DNA from: a virus
Reading direction: 5' to 3' (one strand)
Virus record (IMG/VR): IMGVR_UViG_3300037804_000367
Span: 1 to 64,000 of that record
Length of the DNA stretch: 64,000 nucleotides
The notes under the pieces are model-generated. The model did not search any database. It worked only from the letters and a program-made list of their open reading frames with translations, and was not told the origin of the DNA. The translations under genes and the position numbers were made by a program. Positions 1 through 10,135 of this stretch are shown piece by piece. Each line of letters starts with the position of its first letter. The first letter of the stretch is position 1.

Positions 1-28
1 CGGATAGGGTAATAATGTTCTTTTGCAT
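1..28 (-). CDS. nadV: 5' end of probable nicotinamide phosphoribosyltransferase (runs off the window)
   Basis: ATG at 28 with AAGGA RBS reads MQKNIITLS(D), like the NAMPT N-terminal N-x-I/L-x-x-x-D-S-Y-K. Lies directly downstream of NMNAT-Nudix. Only 9 codons visible. Confidence 0.5.
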
Positions 29-136
29 TTGTGTTTTCCTTTTTAACTTTTAACTTAGGATTAACATAAGAGCGATGCCTCGATCTTACTAATTTACTTT
101 CGTATTTTTTAAAGGGATTGTTAGTATTATTACTAA

Positions 137-1081
137 CTAATCCACTACTTTTATAGTTTCTATTAGGTGAGTCATCATGCTTTGGTGAACATCCATGATA
201 TCATTTTCAATATCTATAGTGTTAATATCAATCCACTGAAGCATTTCAATATCATCCATTGGAGTTGGCTTTCCAAACATGTAAGTTGCTTTGAAAAGTA
301 TTGACATAATCTTACTCTTCTCACTTCTATAACGCCAATCATTGACAAAAGAACTACCAATGTATTTGATATCACCTATCTCAACACCAGTCTCTTCAGC
401 AACCTCACGTCTAGCATTGGACTCTAAAGCTCCGAACTGTCCGTAGTTGTCACTAGGATCAACAAAGCCACCAACAAGTCTGAATTTATCTTCGCCAGGT
501 TTCTTAGCTAAAAGAATTCGTTCTTGTTTTTCATCTAGGATTGCAATGTCAACAGCCATGTAAGCAATATCATATTGATTGTTCACAGCCCAAATAACTC
601 CATGTCTAAAATCAGAAGAAGCTTTTGTTTCGTTACTGAGTACTGTTCTTGATTTAGTTCCTGACATGAAAGAACGTTGAACAAGTTCTTTAGTGTTTAG
701 TTTGCCTTCATAATGTTTGAGAAAGGAATCTCTTGAACCATAAAGGGTAATGTCAGATCCAGGTGCACTATGAGTACGAACAAGTTTATCTAATCTTGTT
801 GACCAATCTTTATTGGATTGAGTATCTTGATTGTAAGCAATTTCGATATTGTGATCAGGAAAAGCTTCCATAATCATTTTTCGTCTTGCTTCAAAATCTA
901 GGGGATTGTTTTTTGTAGCTCTCACTGCTGCGAGACCTAAAACTATAATCAACTTATCATGTCGATCATATACTGATTGTATGAGGTCAATATGACCTTC
1001 GTGTAGTTCGTCCACTTGGAAACGGCCAACAATTACGCCTACTCCAGTTTTCTCATACACTTCTTCTTTTGTTTTCAACAT
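137..1081 (-). CDS. Bifunctional NMN adenylyltransferase / Nudix (ADP-ribose) hydrolase, NadM-Nudix type
   Basis: N-terminal GRFQ..LHEGH (HxGH) motif. C-terminal Nudix box GG....NARREVAEETG. Confidence 0.92.
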   Translation of the reverse strand: MLKTKEEVYEKTGVGVIVGRFQVDELHEGHIDLIQSVYDRHDKLIIVLGLAAVRATKNNPLDFEARRKMIMEAFPDHNIEIAYNQDTQSNKDWSTRLDKLVRTHSAPGSDITLYGSRDSFLKHYEGKLNTKELVQRSFMSGTKSRTVLSNETKASSDFRHGVIWAVNNQYDIAYMAVDIAILDEKQERILLAKKPGEDKFRLVGGFVDPSDNYGQFGALESNARREVAEETGVEIGDIKYIGSSFVNDWRYRSEKSKIMSILFKATYMFGKPTPMDDIEMLQWIDINTIDIENDIMDVHQSMMTHLIETIKVVD

Positions 1082-1124
1082 TGTAAACTCCTTATCTAGT
1101 TGAATACTTTTAGTAGTGTGCTAT

Positions 1125-1316
1125 TTATTCTCCTTCATCTTTATCAGAAGGTAAGTCTTTTGTTCTATGTTTTTCGTAATCCTCTTGTATTCTTTTTGTT
1201 TCTAATCTCCAAAGTCGTGTCTCTTCACAAACACATGGATCTTGATGACAATGTAAACAACATGTACATTCGTGATACCATTTGTCGCATCCTGGACAAT
1301 CACTTCCATTACTCAT
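1125..1316 (-). CDS. Small Cys/His-rich hypothetical protein (possible Zn finger)
   Basis: CPGC..HECTCCLHCHQDPCVC, AAGG RBS, in line with the operon. Confidence 0.5.
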   Translation of the reverse strand: MSNGSDCPGCDKWYHECTCCLHCHQDPCVCEETRLWRLETKRIQEDYEKHRTKDLPSDKDEGE

Positions 1317-1331
1317 TGTACTGCCTTTAAT

Positions 1332-1937
1332 TTACTTATTAAATTTATATCCAAACTTAGTCAGTTCTGCTTTATTATTTCTAGCAACAAAATTTATCAT
1401 GTTACTATCATACCAATCTGTTACTTTAAATTTCTTACTACCTGACACATTTGCATGAGAGGTAGCTACAGTATCTTTGATATCTAACCACTTCTGATCT
1501 ACACACATATCACGAAACTCAGACGCAAGGTTTTCAAATCTTAAAATATAATCCATCTTATTGATTAAATTATAAGGAACATAATGATCAAAACCTTTGC
1601 CCCAAACACCTTGTGATTGTAAAATTTTAATATCAAATCGTAAAGGAAGTTCTCTCTTCTTCTGATGATATATAGCAGCTGACAAATTTCTTGTCCATGG
1701 ATTTCTTATCACTGTAAAGAATGTATACTTTGAAATGTCTTCGTTCAAACTATTCAAGTGCTTCAATAATATGGGCAATGTCGAGTGTCTTCCGGAAGTC
1801 TGTAAATTAGTTCGTACAAATTCATCAGGTAATTTATTATGGGAGAAATCATCCACTCCTGCAAAACATTTTTCAATTGTAGTTCCAGCAGTCTTTGGGA
1901 TATGAACAAAGACTGCTTTTCGTTTAAAACAAATCAA
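1332..1937 (-). CDS. Sulfotransferase family 2 protein
   Basis: 5'-PSB motif FVHIPKTAGTTIE, 3'-PB motif FTVIRNPW, and YILRFENL. Confidence 0.85.
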   Translation of the reverse strand: MICFKRKAVFVHIPKTAGTTIEKCFAGVDDFSHNKLPDEFVRTNLQTSGRHSTLPILLKHLNSLNEDISKYTFFTVIRNPWTRNLSAAIYHQKKRELPLRFDIKILQSQGVWGKGFDHYVPYNLINKMDYILRFENLASEFRDMCVDQKWLDIKDTVATSHANVSGSKKFKVTDWYDSNMINFVARNNKAELTKFGYKFNK

Positions 1938-1946
1938 AGAGAGCCT

Positions 1947-2210
1947 CTACTTTAACGGTCCATCGTTTTTAATTCTCCAAACTACATCTACTTCAAATAC
2001 TTCAAATAGATCAGCAGTTCCATCATCCCCTAACATACTTTTAATGTTTAATTGTGAGTGCTTGCCCTTAATAATATTCCAAACATCTTTCTCTCTAGTA
2101 AACATACCTCTTGTTTCAGGAGAGTCAGTTCCTTTAAATCCTCTAGGTTGTTTATAAATGAAACCCAATGACGGGTGCCATAGAACAAATTTTTTAAGTT
2201 TACCTTGCAT
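1947..2210 (-). CDS. Hypothetical protein
   Basis: Tightly packed co-directional ORF. Confidence 0.55.
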   Translation of the reverse strand: MQGKLKKFVLWHPSLGFIYKQPRGFKGTDSPETRGMFTREKDVWNIIKGKHSQLNIKSMLGDDGTADLFEVFEVDVVWRIKNDGPLK

Positions 2211-2219
2211 GAATAATCC

Positions 2220-2624
2220 TTAATATAATTTTAACTTGTCGGTTACACCTGTGAACATTATTTCATGATGAGGACCAATAGCAATACAAGTATTAGTGGG
2301 AACGTTTTTAAATTCTGTGTGTCCACTATCTGTTATTAGTTTACTGGTTAGTCCTAATTTCAAAGCTGTCTCATGAACAGTTAAAAGTTCTTCTTCCGAA
2401 TTTACAACAACGCATACTTTCTTGAATGCATTATTGAACATCCAATCTTGTTGATCTTTATCAAAATAATTCTTTCCAATGAAGAGATATAACAATCTCT
2501 TAAACCATCCCATCTCTTGCAATTCATCTACTATAAATTTCATAGAGGCATGTGAACCTTGAGCAATTTCCTTGCCACGTCTCATCTTGAGATCTTTTCT
2601 AATAACTATCACTTGCTTTGTCAT
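2220..2624 (-). CDS. Peptidyl-tRNA hydrolase, Pth2 type
   Basis: KQVIVIRKDLKMRRGKEIAQGSHAS, KKVCVVV, DSGHTEF and TCIAIGP motifs. Confidence 0.93.
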   Translation of the reverse strand: MTKQVIVIRKDLKMRRGKEIAQGSHASMKFIVDELQEMGWFKRLLYLFIGKNYFDKDQQDWMFNNAFKKVCVVVNSEEELLTVHETALKLGLTSKLITDSGHTEFKNVPTNTCIAIGPHHEIMFTGVTDKLKLY

Positions 2625-2632
2625 AATTGTCT

Positions 2633-3330
2633 CTAACTGTTTTTAGGATTCTGTAGAGCGTACATCTGCCCAACACTTCCGTGAGAATTAACACAAGCAT
2701 TTAAAGCAATTAAGTCAATTGTCAGTCCAGGATAGTTAATTCTAGTGTCAGCTATAAATGCATCTTTAACATTATCTGGCCACGTCACACCTTTTATATA
2801 TAACGTATTTTCAAATTCATACGGATCTTTATTCCAAAAGTCACTCATTATAATACTCCTGTAAACTTATCATTAAACTTGTTTCCAACCTTGAACTAAA
2901 AAATATGTAGAGTCTGGATTTACTCTCATTAAGATATCTTCAAATTTTATTTTAATGGTCTTGTGTTCAGACAATACAACTATTCGTTTATCAGACAATA
3001 GCTTTTCAGCTGATCGCTGAGACACGCCTGTGCTTTCAATTACACCTTCTATCATAACTCTTCCTTCTTTGATTTAAATGCCATGTATGATTCTAATTGA
3101 AATGTTGCCCATTCAGATTCAGATGATATCAACACTCCATGTCTACCTAAAAAGGTTTTTAATTCCTCTAGTGCTTGTTTAGAAGTAGGATCCAAACTTG
3201 CAAACATATTTACGAATAGTTCACATTTTTGTTCAAAAGTTAGTGCACTATATGAAATTGGTTTGTCAGAGAACCAAAACTCCATTGGATCATCTGTATC
3301 TTTAAAATGCTTCGTAAGCCAATCAAACAT
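2633..3330 (-). other. Three small hypothetical CDS (2633-2848, 2873-3055, 3052-3330)
   Basis: Co-directional ORFs with RBS or stop/start overlaps. No recognisable motif. Confidence 0.55.
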
Positions 3331-3388
3331 TAATATATCCTTTTATTTATTATGCCTGAAAACTGATAAAATTAAAATAGTATTTAAA

Positions 3389-3766
3389 CTATTCCTGCTC
3401 TGCACAGTAAGGACCTATTCCTGATTGTACACTAATAGGAGTGGTAAGTTTACGATTGCAACGTCTACAACATCCAGCATCGTGATACACAATACCTTTG
3501 TTGCTTTCAAAAAAGCTTCTGTTCTGAATCATTCTAGCAATCATTTCAAATGAAGTGTCTTTGAATTTCTTCCAGAGAATAATTGAACCGTTTGATTTTA
3601 CAAACCCGAAGTTTGTATATCTATCACTACCACTCAACATCCCAATAATTCTTTCACCAGGAGCAAACTTTGAATCAGCGGACTGTGTTTTAATACGAAC
3701 TGTTCTATGGTTTCCGGTTTCAGGATTTTCCATAGTGACTGTTCCGTTGTGAGTAGCTACATTCAT
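3389..3766 (-). CDS. DUF6011-like Zn-ribbon phage protein
   Basis: C-terminal C.RCNRKLTTP.S...GIGP.C motif. Early promoter upstream. Confidence 0.7.
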   Translation of the reverse strand: MNVATHNGTVTMENPETGNHRTVRIKTQSADSKFAPGERIIGMLSGSDRYTNFGFVKSNGSIILWKKFKDTSFEMIARMIQNRSFFESNKGIVYHDAGCCRRCNRKLTTPISVQSGIGPYCAEQE

Positions 3767-3790
3767 ATTATAATCCTTTTTGTTTTACTA

Positions 3791-3823
3791 ATATTAATAT
3801 ACACCCTTAACAAGATTAGTCAA
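3791..3823 (-). promoter_or_regulatory. Early sigma70-type promoter, first of 14 copies (consensus GTTGACTTATCTnnTTAAGGGTG-TATA[T/G]T-AnTATAGGTAAG)
   Basis: -35 boxes at about 3818, 9991, 20611, 26608, 35815, 35934, 43421, 47277, 49353, 52187, 58022, 60161, 60744 and 62861, all on the minus strand. 16-bp spacer counted in the 20589-20616 copy. Confidence 0.88.
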
Positions 3824-3957
3824 CTTCAAACATAAAAAAAGATCGCTTTTAAACGATTTCTTGAAACCAGATGAACTTCCATCAGCTGTGAGACAATAGT
3901 ACAAAGTCTTAGTTAATCATAAAAAAAGTTATAAGTAATACAAATAGGAAAATACTA

Positions 3958-4881
3958 ATGACAAAAGGAGAAAGACAATCAGCTTTCATAAAAAAGGTAA
4001 CCGCAAAGCACAATGACAAATATGATTACAGTAAAGTAGTTTATGAACGAACTCACTCAAAGGTAGAGATAGTTTGTTCTACTCACGGAAGCTTCTTCCA
4101 AACACCTGCAAGTCATCAATCAGGAACTGGATGTCCAACTTGTTCGGGTAGAGAGAAGTGCAATGATAAATCATTTATTGAAAAGGCAAAAGCTATTCAC
4201 GGCGACAACTATGATTACTCTAAAGTACAATACGTGAATGCTCACACTAAAGTAACGATCATTTGTCCTACTCACGGTGATTGGGATATCCTTCCGTGTA
4301 ATCACATTACAAAGAAAGCTGGATGTAATAAATGTGGGCAGAAAAAATTGACATTGACTACTGAACAATTCATTGAGAAAGCCATCAGAGTTCATGGCGA
4401 CAAGTATGATTACAGTTTAGTTGATTATAAAAGAAGTAACCTGCCAGTTTCTATTATATGTAAGCGACACGGAGTATTTGATCAGATTGCATCATCTCAT
4501 ATCAATATCAATACTGGTTGTCCTAGATGTAGAAGATCTAAAGGAGAAGAGAAAGTGTCGGCGTTTCTCAAAGAAAGAGGAATCAAATACATAGATGAGT
4601 GGAAAGATCACGAGTGCAGGGGAAAGAAACAATTGCTACCATTTGATTTCTATCTTCCTGATCACAATTTGTGCATCGAATATGATGGCATCTTTCATTT
4701 CAAAGCTGTGTTCAGAGATACCAAAGAACTTGAAAGACAACAACAAGCGGATAAAACAAAAGATGGATATTGTCGATCAAACAATATCCATCTTTTGAGA
4801 ATTCATTACAAGGAGTTCAATAACATAAACTCCTTGATATTGAAAGCATTACAACGTGCACCCTCCCGATCCACAAGCTGA
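3958..4881 (+). mobile_element. Free-standing homing endonuclease (repeated H..KYDYS..C..HG.F..CP.C Zn modules plus C-terminal PD-(D/E)xK/Vsr-like domain)
   Basis: Three Zn modules, then LPFDFYLP...IEYDG.FHF. Antisense to its neighbours and overlaps the nrdA 3' end. Confidence 0.8.
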
Positions 4882-7122
4882 CTCGGTTTCTTTTTCTGTG
4901 ATCTCTTTCTTAAAACCTGACGACGAACCATCATTCACTAATGCATAATATAAAGTTTTCAATCCGTTACGATAAGCAAAAATCAAATCCTCAAGCATTT
5001 GTTGCATTGGAACTTTCTTATCACGATAATGAATTGGATTATATGAAGTGTTGCTACTGATACTTTGACAAATAAACTTCTGCGCAATAGCCATTATAGA
5101 AAGATAACCAGTATTGTTTTGGATTGACCAAAGAGTTTCATACTGATCTCCAATCTCTTTAATTCTTGGAACAGGAATCTTCACAGCCATTTCTTTTGAA
5201 GTCTTTGTAACAACCAAAGCTTTAACTGGCTCGACACCATTTGTACTTCCACTAACAAGAGCAGAACTTTCAGCTGGCATTAATGCACTCAGTGTTGAGT
5301 TTCTCATTCCATATGTTACAATATCATTTCGTAAACCTTCCCAATCACATTTCAATTCTGAAGTATGAAGTTCATCAACAGCTTTCTTATATGTGTCGAT
5401 AGGAAGGATACCGTCAGACATTACAGTCTTATCATACCATTCGCACTTACCTTTTTCTTTAGCAAGTTCAACGGACGCTGTCATTAAATTGAATTGGAAT
5501 AACTCAAACAACTCATGAACTGAATTATTAGCTGACCCATCAGAATACTTTTGACCACGCTTTGCAATAAACTCAGCTAGAGATATTACACCAACACCTA
5601 GTGTTCTTCTAAGCTTGGTTGCTTCTGCTTGAACCATTGGATAGTTTTGATAGTCGAGAAGATTATCAAGAGCACGTACAATAATTTTAGTATACTTCTT
5701 CATGTCAATTGGACTATCAACAAGTCCTACATTTACACCAGCAAGAGTACATAAAGCTATCTCACCACTTCCGTCACTTTGAACAGGAGCTGTTGGAAGA
5801 GCAATCTCTAAACATAAATTAGACTGTCGAATGGTTTCTTTGAAAGGAGAATGATCATTACAGTGATCAACATTCATTATATAAATTCTTCCAGTCGCAA
5901 GACGTTCTGACATTATAGAAGTGAACATATCAATTGCTTTTATAGACTTCTTAACAACATTGGGATCATTTTCAGCTTTTTCATAAAGTACTTCAAACTC
6001 ATCTGAGTTTCTGAAGTATGCTTCATAAAGAGCTCCATCATATGTTGAAGGACACATTAAAGAAATATCTTTACCGTCAATCAATCTTTGATATATCGTG
6101 TGGTTAAGTTGAATACATTCATCGAGCTGATGTATACGATTAGTGTCAGTGCCCTTATTGTTTTTAAGAATGACTAACGATTCAAATTCAATATCCCAAG
6201 CTGTGTAAAAATTACAAGCACTTGCTCCTCTGACTCCGCCTTGCGAACAAGATTTCAAAGCAGCTGTTAAGAATTTCATGAAAGGAATCTTACCTGTTGA
6301 AATCACATCACCGTTTCTAATTGGAGAGTCTACTGATCTAATACGACCTGAGTTTACACCAATGCCAGCTCTGCGACTAGCGTACTGAACAATACCTCGA
6401 GCACCTTCACATATTGAATCGAGTGAGTCTCCTACTTCAATCTTTACACATGATGAGAACTGCCTAGTAGGAGTTCTAACACCAGCCATGATAGGAGTGG
6501 GCATTGATATCTTAAATGTGGATAAGGCTTCATAGAACTCCTTTACGTGCTCTATACGAGTGTCATCAGGTTCATCTTGATGCAGAGCCATTCCGATACA
6601 CATGAATGCTAATTGAGGAGATTCAAAAATTTGTTTAGTACCTCTGTGTTGACAAAGATATTTTGATTCTAATTGTTTGATACCAGCATAACAGAAATCA
6701 AAATCACGAGTGTGATCGATTACTTGTTCTAGTTCATCCAATTCATTTAGATCCCATTTGGATAACATTTCAGGATCATAAATTTCATCATTAACCATTG
6801 ACTCTATATGGTCAGCTAAGTGAGGAGCACCAAATTGATCAAAAGCTTTCTTTCTAATATTGAATGCAACTAGACGAGCTGCCATAATATTATAATCAGG
6901 AGTTTCATCTGAAGTTAAATCAGCAGCTGTCTTTGCCAACACTTCATGTATGTCTGTTGTTTTAATTCCATCATAGAATTGAATATGGGAAGTAATTTCA
7001 ACCTGTGATACTGAAACGTCCAGTCCTTCAGCTGCCCATGTTAATTGTTGAGTGATTTTCGATATGTCACATGGCACTAACTCACCATGTCGTTTCTCTA
7101 CGTTAATACTAGTGGGGTTCAT
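4849..7122 (-). CDS. nrdA: Ribonucleotide reductase class Ia alpha subunit
   Basis: ATP cone (VEKRHG), PTPIMAG.RTP..QFSSC, catalytic NLCLE, MPAESS, C-terminal CGSGGCTL. No intein evident. Confidence 0.97.
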   Translation of the reverse strand: MNPTSINVEKRHGELVPCDISKITQQLTWAAEGLDVSVSQVEITSHIQFYDGIKTTDIHEVLAKTAADLTSDETPDYNIMAARLVAFNIRKKAFDQFGAPHLADHIESMVNDEIYDPEMLSKWDLNELDELEQVIDHTRDFDFCYAGIKQLESKYLCQHRGTKQIFESPQLAFMCIGMALHQDEPDDTRIEHVKEFYEALSTFKISMPTPIMAGVRTPTRQFSSCVKIEVGDSLDSICEGARGIVQYASRRAGIGVNSGRIRSVDSPIRNGDVISTGKIPFMKFLTAALKSCSQGGVRGASACNFYTAWDIEFESLVILKNNKGTDTNRIHQLDECIQLNHTIYQRLIDGKDISLMCPSTYDGALYEAYFRNSDEFEVLYEKAENDPNVVKKSIKAIDMFTSIMSERLATGRIYIMNVDHCNDHSPFKETIRQSNLCLEIALPTAPVQSDGSGEIALCTLAGVNVGLVDSPIDMKKYTKIIVRALDNLLDYQNYPMVQAEATKLRRTLGVGVISLAEFIAKRGQKYSDGSANNSVHELFELFQFNLMTASVELAKEKGKCEWYDKTVMSDGILPIDTYKKAVDELHTSELKCDWEGLRNDIVTYGMRNSTLSALMPAESSALVSGSTNGVEPVKALVVTKTSKEMAVKIPVPRIKEIGDQYETLWSIQNNTGYLSIMAIAQKFICQSISSNTSYNPIHYRDKKVPMQQMLEDLIFAYRNGLKTLYYALVNDGSSSGFKKEITEKETESACGSGGCTL

Positions 7123-7167
7123 TAAAAATATGTCCTTTAGTTAAAATGTATATGAATGCAAATAGCA

Positions 7168-8187
7168 TTATAATTTTAGTCGAGAAAGAGCGTCTGTGTC
7201 AACTGTTGCATTAACTGCACCTGTTAAGTAAGATGTTAATTCATTTTCCTGTGGAGCTGTTTGAGTACTTTCACCTTCAAAATATGCTTCAACCCACGGA
7301 CAAGGGTTTTTACATTCTGGAAAGATCGGACTCTTACCAATAGCTTCTAAACGATCATTGGTAATGTAATGAGTAAACTTAATTAGTATCTCAGTATTCA
7401 AACCAAGAACCACACCTTCCGAGAAAAGATACTTTGCCCATTCTTCTTCAATGGATGCAACATTAGTAAACATGTCATACACTTCGCCAGCATATTTCTT
7501 TTCAAGTTCAGGATACTCTTGATGCATGTACTTAATCATCTCCTGAGTACCTTTTAAGTGCACTGACTCATCTCTAGCAATAGATTGTATAACATTTGCC
7601 AGTCCTCTCATCTTTCCACGTTCAGCGAGTGCAAAGTTACAAAGGAATGAATTATAGAATAGAATACCTTCAAGACAGTTTGCCATATTCAATGCAAGGT
7701 AAACAGAGTCGACAGATGGGTTATCAACCAATTCATTATAATAAATGTCAATTGTTTCTGCGCGTTTTTTGATTTGTGGAATGTCAAGAACTTCATCAAA
7801 TATTTCTGAAGGATCAGGAATGATACTTCTTATGATATGTGTATAGCTCTGAGAGTGAACAGATTCATTCTGTGCCCAAAGTAATAACCAGTTCTCGAGC
7901 TCAGGTAGACTACACACTGGAAGGAATCCCATAACTGGATTCTTTTGTTGAGTACTATCTAATAAGATTTGATATCTTAAATTTGAAACTACGATATGCT
8001 TTTCAGCAGGTGAAAGATTGTCATATTCTATTTTGTCTTTAGACAAGTCGAATTCATTAGGTCGCCAAAAGAAACTCATCTGCTCATCGAGAAGTTCTTC
8101 AAACATTGGATATCTCATTATATCCATTCGACTTATTCCATCAAACTCTCCGAAGAACATTGTCTCAGACGGTACGTATTTTGCCAT
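7168..8187 (-). CDS. nrdB: Ribonucleotide reductase class Ia beta subunit (likely start 8187)
   Basis: FFWRPNE, NE.VHS.SY, EGILFY.SF, I.RDES.H, APQE.E..SY motifs. AGGAG RBS before ATG 8187. Confidence 0.96.
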   Translation of the reverse strand: MAKYVPSETMFFGEFDGISRMDIMRYPMFEELLDEQMSFFWRPNEFDLSKDKIEYDNLSPAEKHIVVSNLRYQILLDSTQQKNPVMGFLPVCSLPELENWLLLWAQNESVHSQSYTHIIRSIIPDPSEIFDEVLDIPQIKKRAETIDIYYNELVDNPSVDSVYLALNMANCLEGILFYNSFLCNFALAERGKMRGLANVIQSIARDESVHLKGTQEMIKYMHQEYPELEKKYAGEVYDMFTNVASIEEEWAKYLFSEGVVLGLNTEILIKFTHYITNDRLEAIGKSPIFPECKNPCPWVEAYFEGESTQTAPQENELTSYLTGAVNATVDTDALSRLKL

Positions 8188-8276
8188 GTGGGCTCCTAGA
8201 TTAATATTGGATGCAAGTGTATTTACTATTATCACTCAGAGGTATAAAAATTATAACGATAAGCTTCTTGTTTTTA

Positions 8277-8284
8277 TATTTATA
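8277..8284 (-). promoter_or_regulatory. T4-type late promoter TATAAATA (representative copy)
   Basis: Intergenic copies on minus at 8277, 15500, 26924, 29727, 32757, 39641 and 24031 (CATAAATA variant). Copies on plus at 9087, 10102 and 18088. Each lies just upstream of a gene on the same strand. Confidence 0.75.
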
Positions 8285-8296
8285 CTGCCCTGTTAA

Positions 8297-9016
8297 TCAA
8301 TTAGGAACAAGTTCAAAAAATTGTAGTAATGATTTTGGATCATTAACTGAAACGACTTCGCCTGATAGTAATTTAAAATAATAATCATCATCTAACACTC
8401 CAATGTATCTAAAGATAGAAGCATCATTAATACACGAAATGTAATCTTTTCCTGATTCAAATGCCATCGCAGGATTTGTTATCATGTTGTTATATTTGAA
8501 TTGTAACTCTGATATGGTATCGTGTTGATCACTATTTCTGTTTTGTTCTTTTTCTATCAATCTGTTTATTTTTGAACACGCTACACTAATAGGATCATTT
8601 AACTCACTAATGATCTGTCTTCGAGGTTTGCTATTTTCAGAGAGACGGTCAGTATCATCTCTTGTTAAATGTCCTATTATGGAATGCATATCCTGTAATG
8701 ACTTTTTACTAATTTTAAGTTGTTCCATTCCACTTTTTATATCAACTTGTAATTGTAATTGTTTTATTTTACTCGCTATGGCATTTCTCTTGATCAGTTT
8801 AGAGACAATACCTCTTGCTTGTCGCAATGCACTGACTTTATTATAATCTATATCTCTAACAGTGTCAACAAGTCTCATCATTGGATGTTTAGAATCGGTT
8901 GAAGATTCATGTACTAATGTTTCAAGAAACTTTGTATAGAACTTTGTTGACTCTCCTATTGGAATTACGATGCCCTTAAAATTTAATTCTGTTACTTTAT
9001 TCTGCAAAGTATTCAT
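8297..9016 (-). CDS. Hypothetical helical/coiled-coil protein
   Basis: 239-aa ORF with AGGAG RBS. Confidence 0.65.
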   Translation of the reverse strand: MNTLQNKVTELNFKGIVIPIGESTKFYTKFLETLVHESSTDSKHPMMRLVDTVRDIDYNKVSALRQARGIVSKLIKRNAIASKIKQLQLQVDIKSGMEQLKISKKSLQDMHSIIGHLTRDDTDRLSENSKPRRQIISELNDPISVACSKINRLIEKEQNRNSDQHDTISELQFKYNNMITNPAMAFESGKDYISCINDASIFRYIGVLDDDYYFKLLSGEVVSVNDPKSLLQFFELVPN

Positions 9017-9125
9017 AATTATCTCCTAGTTTAGATGTATTTTATTTTCTTATAAGATGGTAGATTTGTAAGGTCTTCTAAAATATTATAAATAATAATG
9101 AGGTTATTTAAAAAAGGAAAACAAT

Positions 9126-9434
9126 ATGAGAAAATCTAACCCAGTAAAAAATGATTTGTTTAACTCCCTACCTCGCAAACCACTAATTCTAAAAAGGTTG
9201 TCTAGTCAAGAAGCTACACCGGAATTTGTTTTAGTTGGGGGGCCATTTGATGGTAAGAGATATAATATCGATTTAAATGAAACTTCGATTCATCTCAACA
9301 GCGGAGGTCGTGTTCAAGTGTATCACAAAACTAATATTGAAGACGAGACAGGATTAAAAGTATCTTTCTTTCGTCATCAATCCATTAGCGATCTGTCAGC
9401 TGTCATTAAATGCATTTCAAATTATATGATGTAA
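9126..9434 (+). CDS. Hypothetical protein (late promoter)
   Basis: AAGGA RBS, TATAAATA at 9087, terminator downstream. Contains LVGGPFDG. Confidence 0.7.
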   Translation: MRKSNPVKNDLFNSLPRKPLILKRLSSQEATPEFVLVGGPFDGKRYNIDLNETSIHLNSGGRVQVYHKTNIEDETGLKVSFFRHQSISDLSAVIKCISNYMM

Positions 9435-9435
9435 C

Positions 9436-9471
9436 AAAAAAAAAGAACCAGTAAAAAAACTGGTTCTTTTT
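9436..9471. terminator. Bidirectional intrinsic terminator
   Basis: A-tract AGAACCAG..CTGGTTCT T-tract between convergent genes. Confidence 0.85.
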
Positions 9472-9495
9472 AAAATGTTATGTTTGATCTAGTGA

Positions 9496-9924
9496 TCAGT
9501 CCATATAAACTTTCCTACCCGTACGTGGATCAATATAATATTTTCGAGTCTCTCGTTGGACCGGAACTTCTTCATTGACCGTTATCACTTTCCTTCGTTT
9601 GATGATAACAACTTCTCCCTGTTCCTGTCTTGGAACACTTCTAGGTGCTGGAGTGTAAAGTGGATCGTGCTGTTTTCTTCGTTCCAATTCACCCAATCGT
9701 CTATCCTGAGTAGCCTGACCATCTTTGTATTTATGAACACCGTAACCAGTTATACCACCAATAACAGTTCCAATAGCAGCCCCTCTCCAAGTATTGCCAG
9801 TTTTTTTACCAACTACTGCACCAGTACCTCCACCAAGCAATCCGCCAAGGGCAACTGAACGTTCCATTGTACCACAAGAAGTTACCATTAACGCTACTGC
9901 AATCATGATTATGACTTTTTTCAT
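9496..9924 (-). CDS. Glycine-zipper lipoprotein
   Basis: Signal peptide ending VTSC, GGLLGGGTGAVVG...GAAIGTVIGGITG. Early promoter upstream. Confidence 0.8.
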   Translation of the reverse strand: MKKVIIMIAVALMVTSCGTMERSVALGGLLGGGTGAVVGKKTGNTWRGAAIGTVIGGITGYGVHKYKDGQATQDRRLGELERRKQHDPLYTPAPRSVPRQEQGEVVIIKRRKVITVNEEVPVQRETRKYYIDPRTGRKVYMD

Positions 9925-10135
9925 TTTGTTTCCTTTTTGTTTTTTTTAATTTCTCTCTTACCTACTTTAATATACACCCTTAAACAGATAAGACAAGCTC
10001 AAAACTAATTTATTCCGCAATATAATAGTAATAAATCCATAAAAGTTTAGTGGTACTTTAATTAAATATTGAGTATTTACAGACATGCAGAGGAGAATTA
10101 CTATAAATAATCATAACAACTAAAAGGATTTAATT

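Noticed and set aside
4849-8235. Intein or intron in nrdA/nrdB
   Set aside because: Lengths (757 aa and ~340 aa) and motif spacing are normal.
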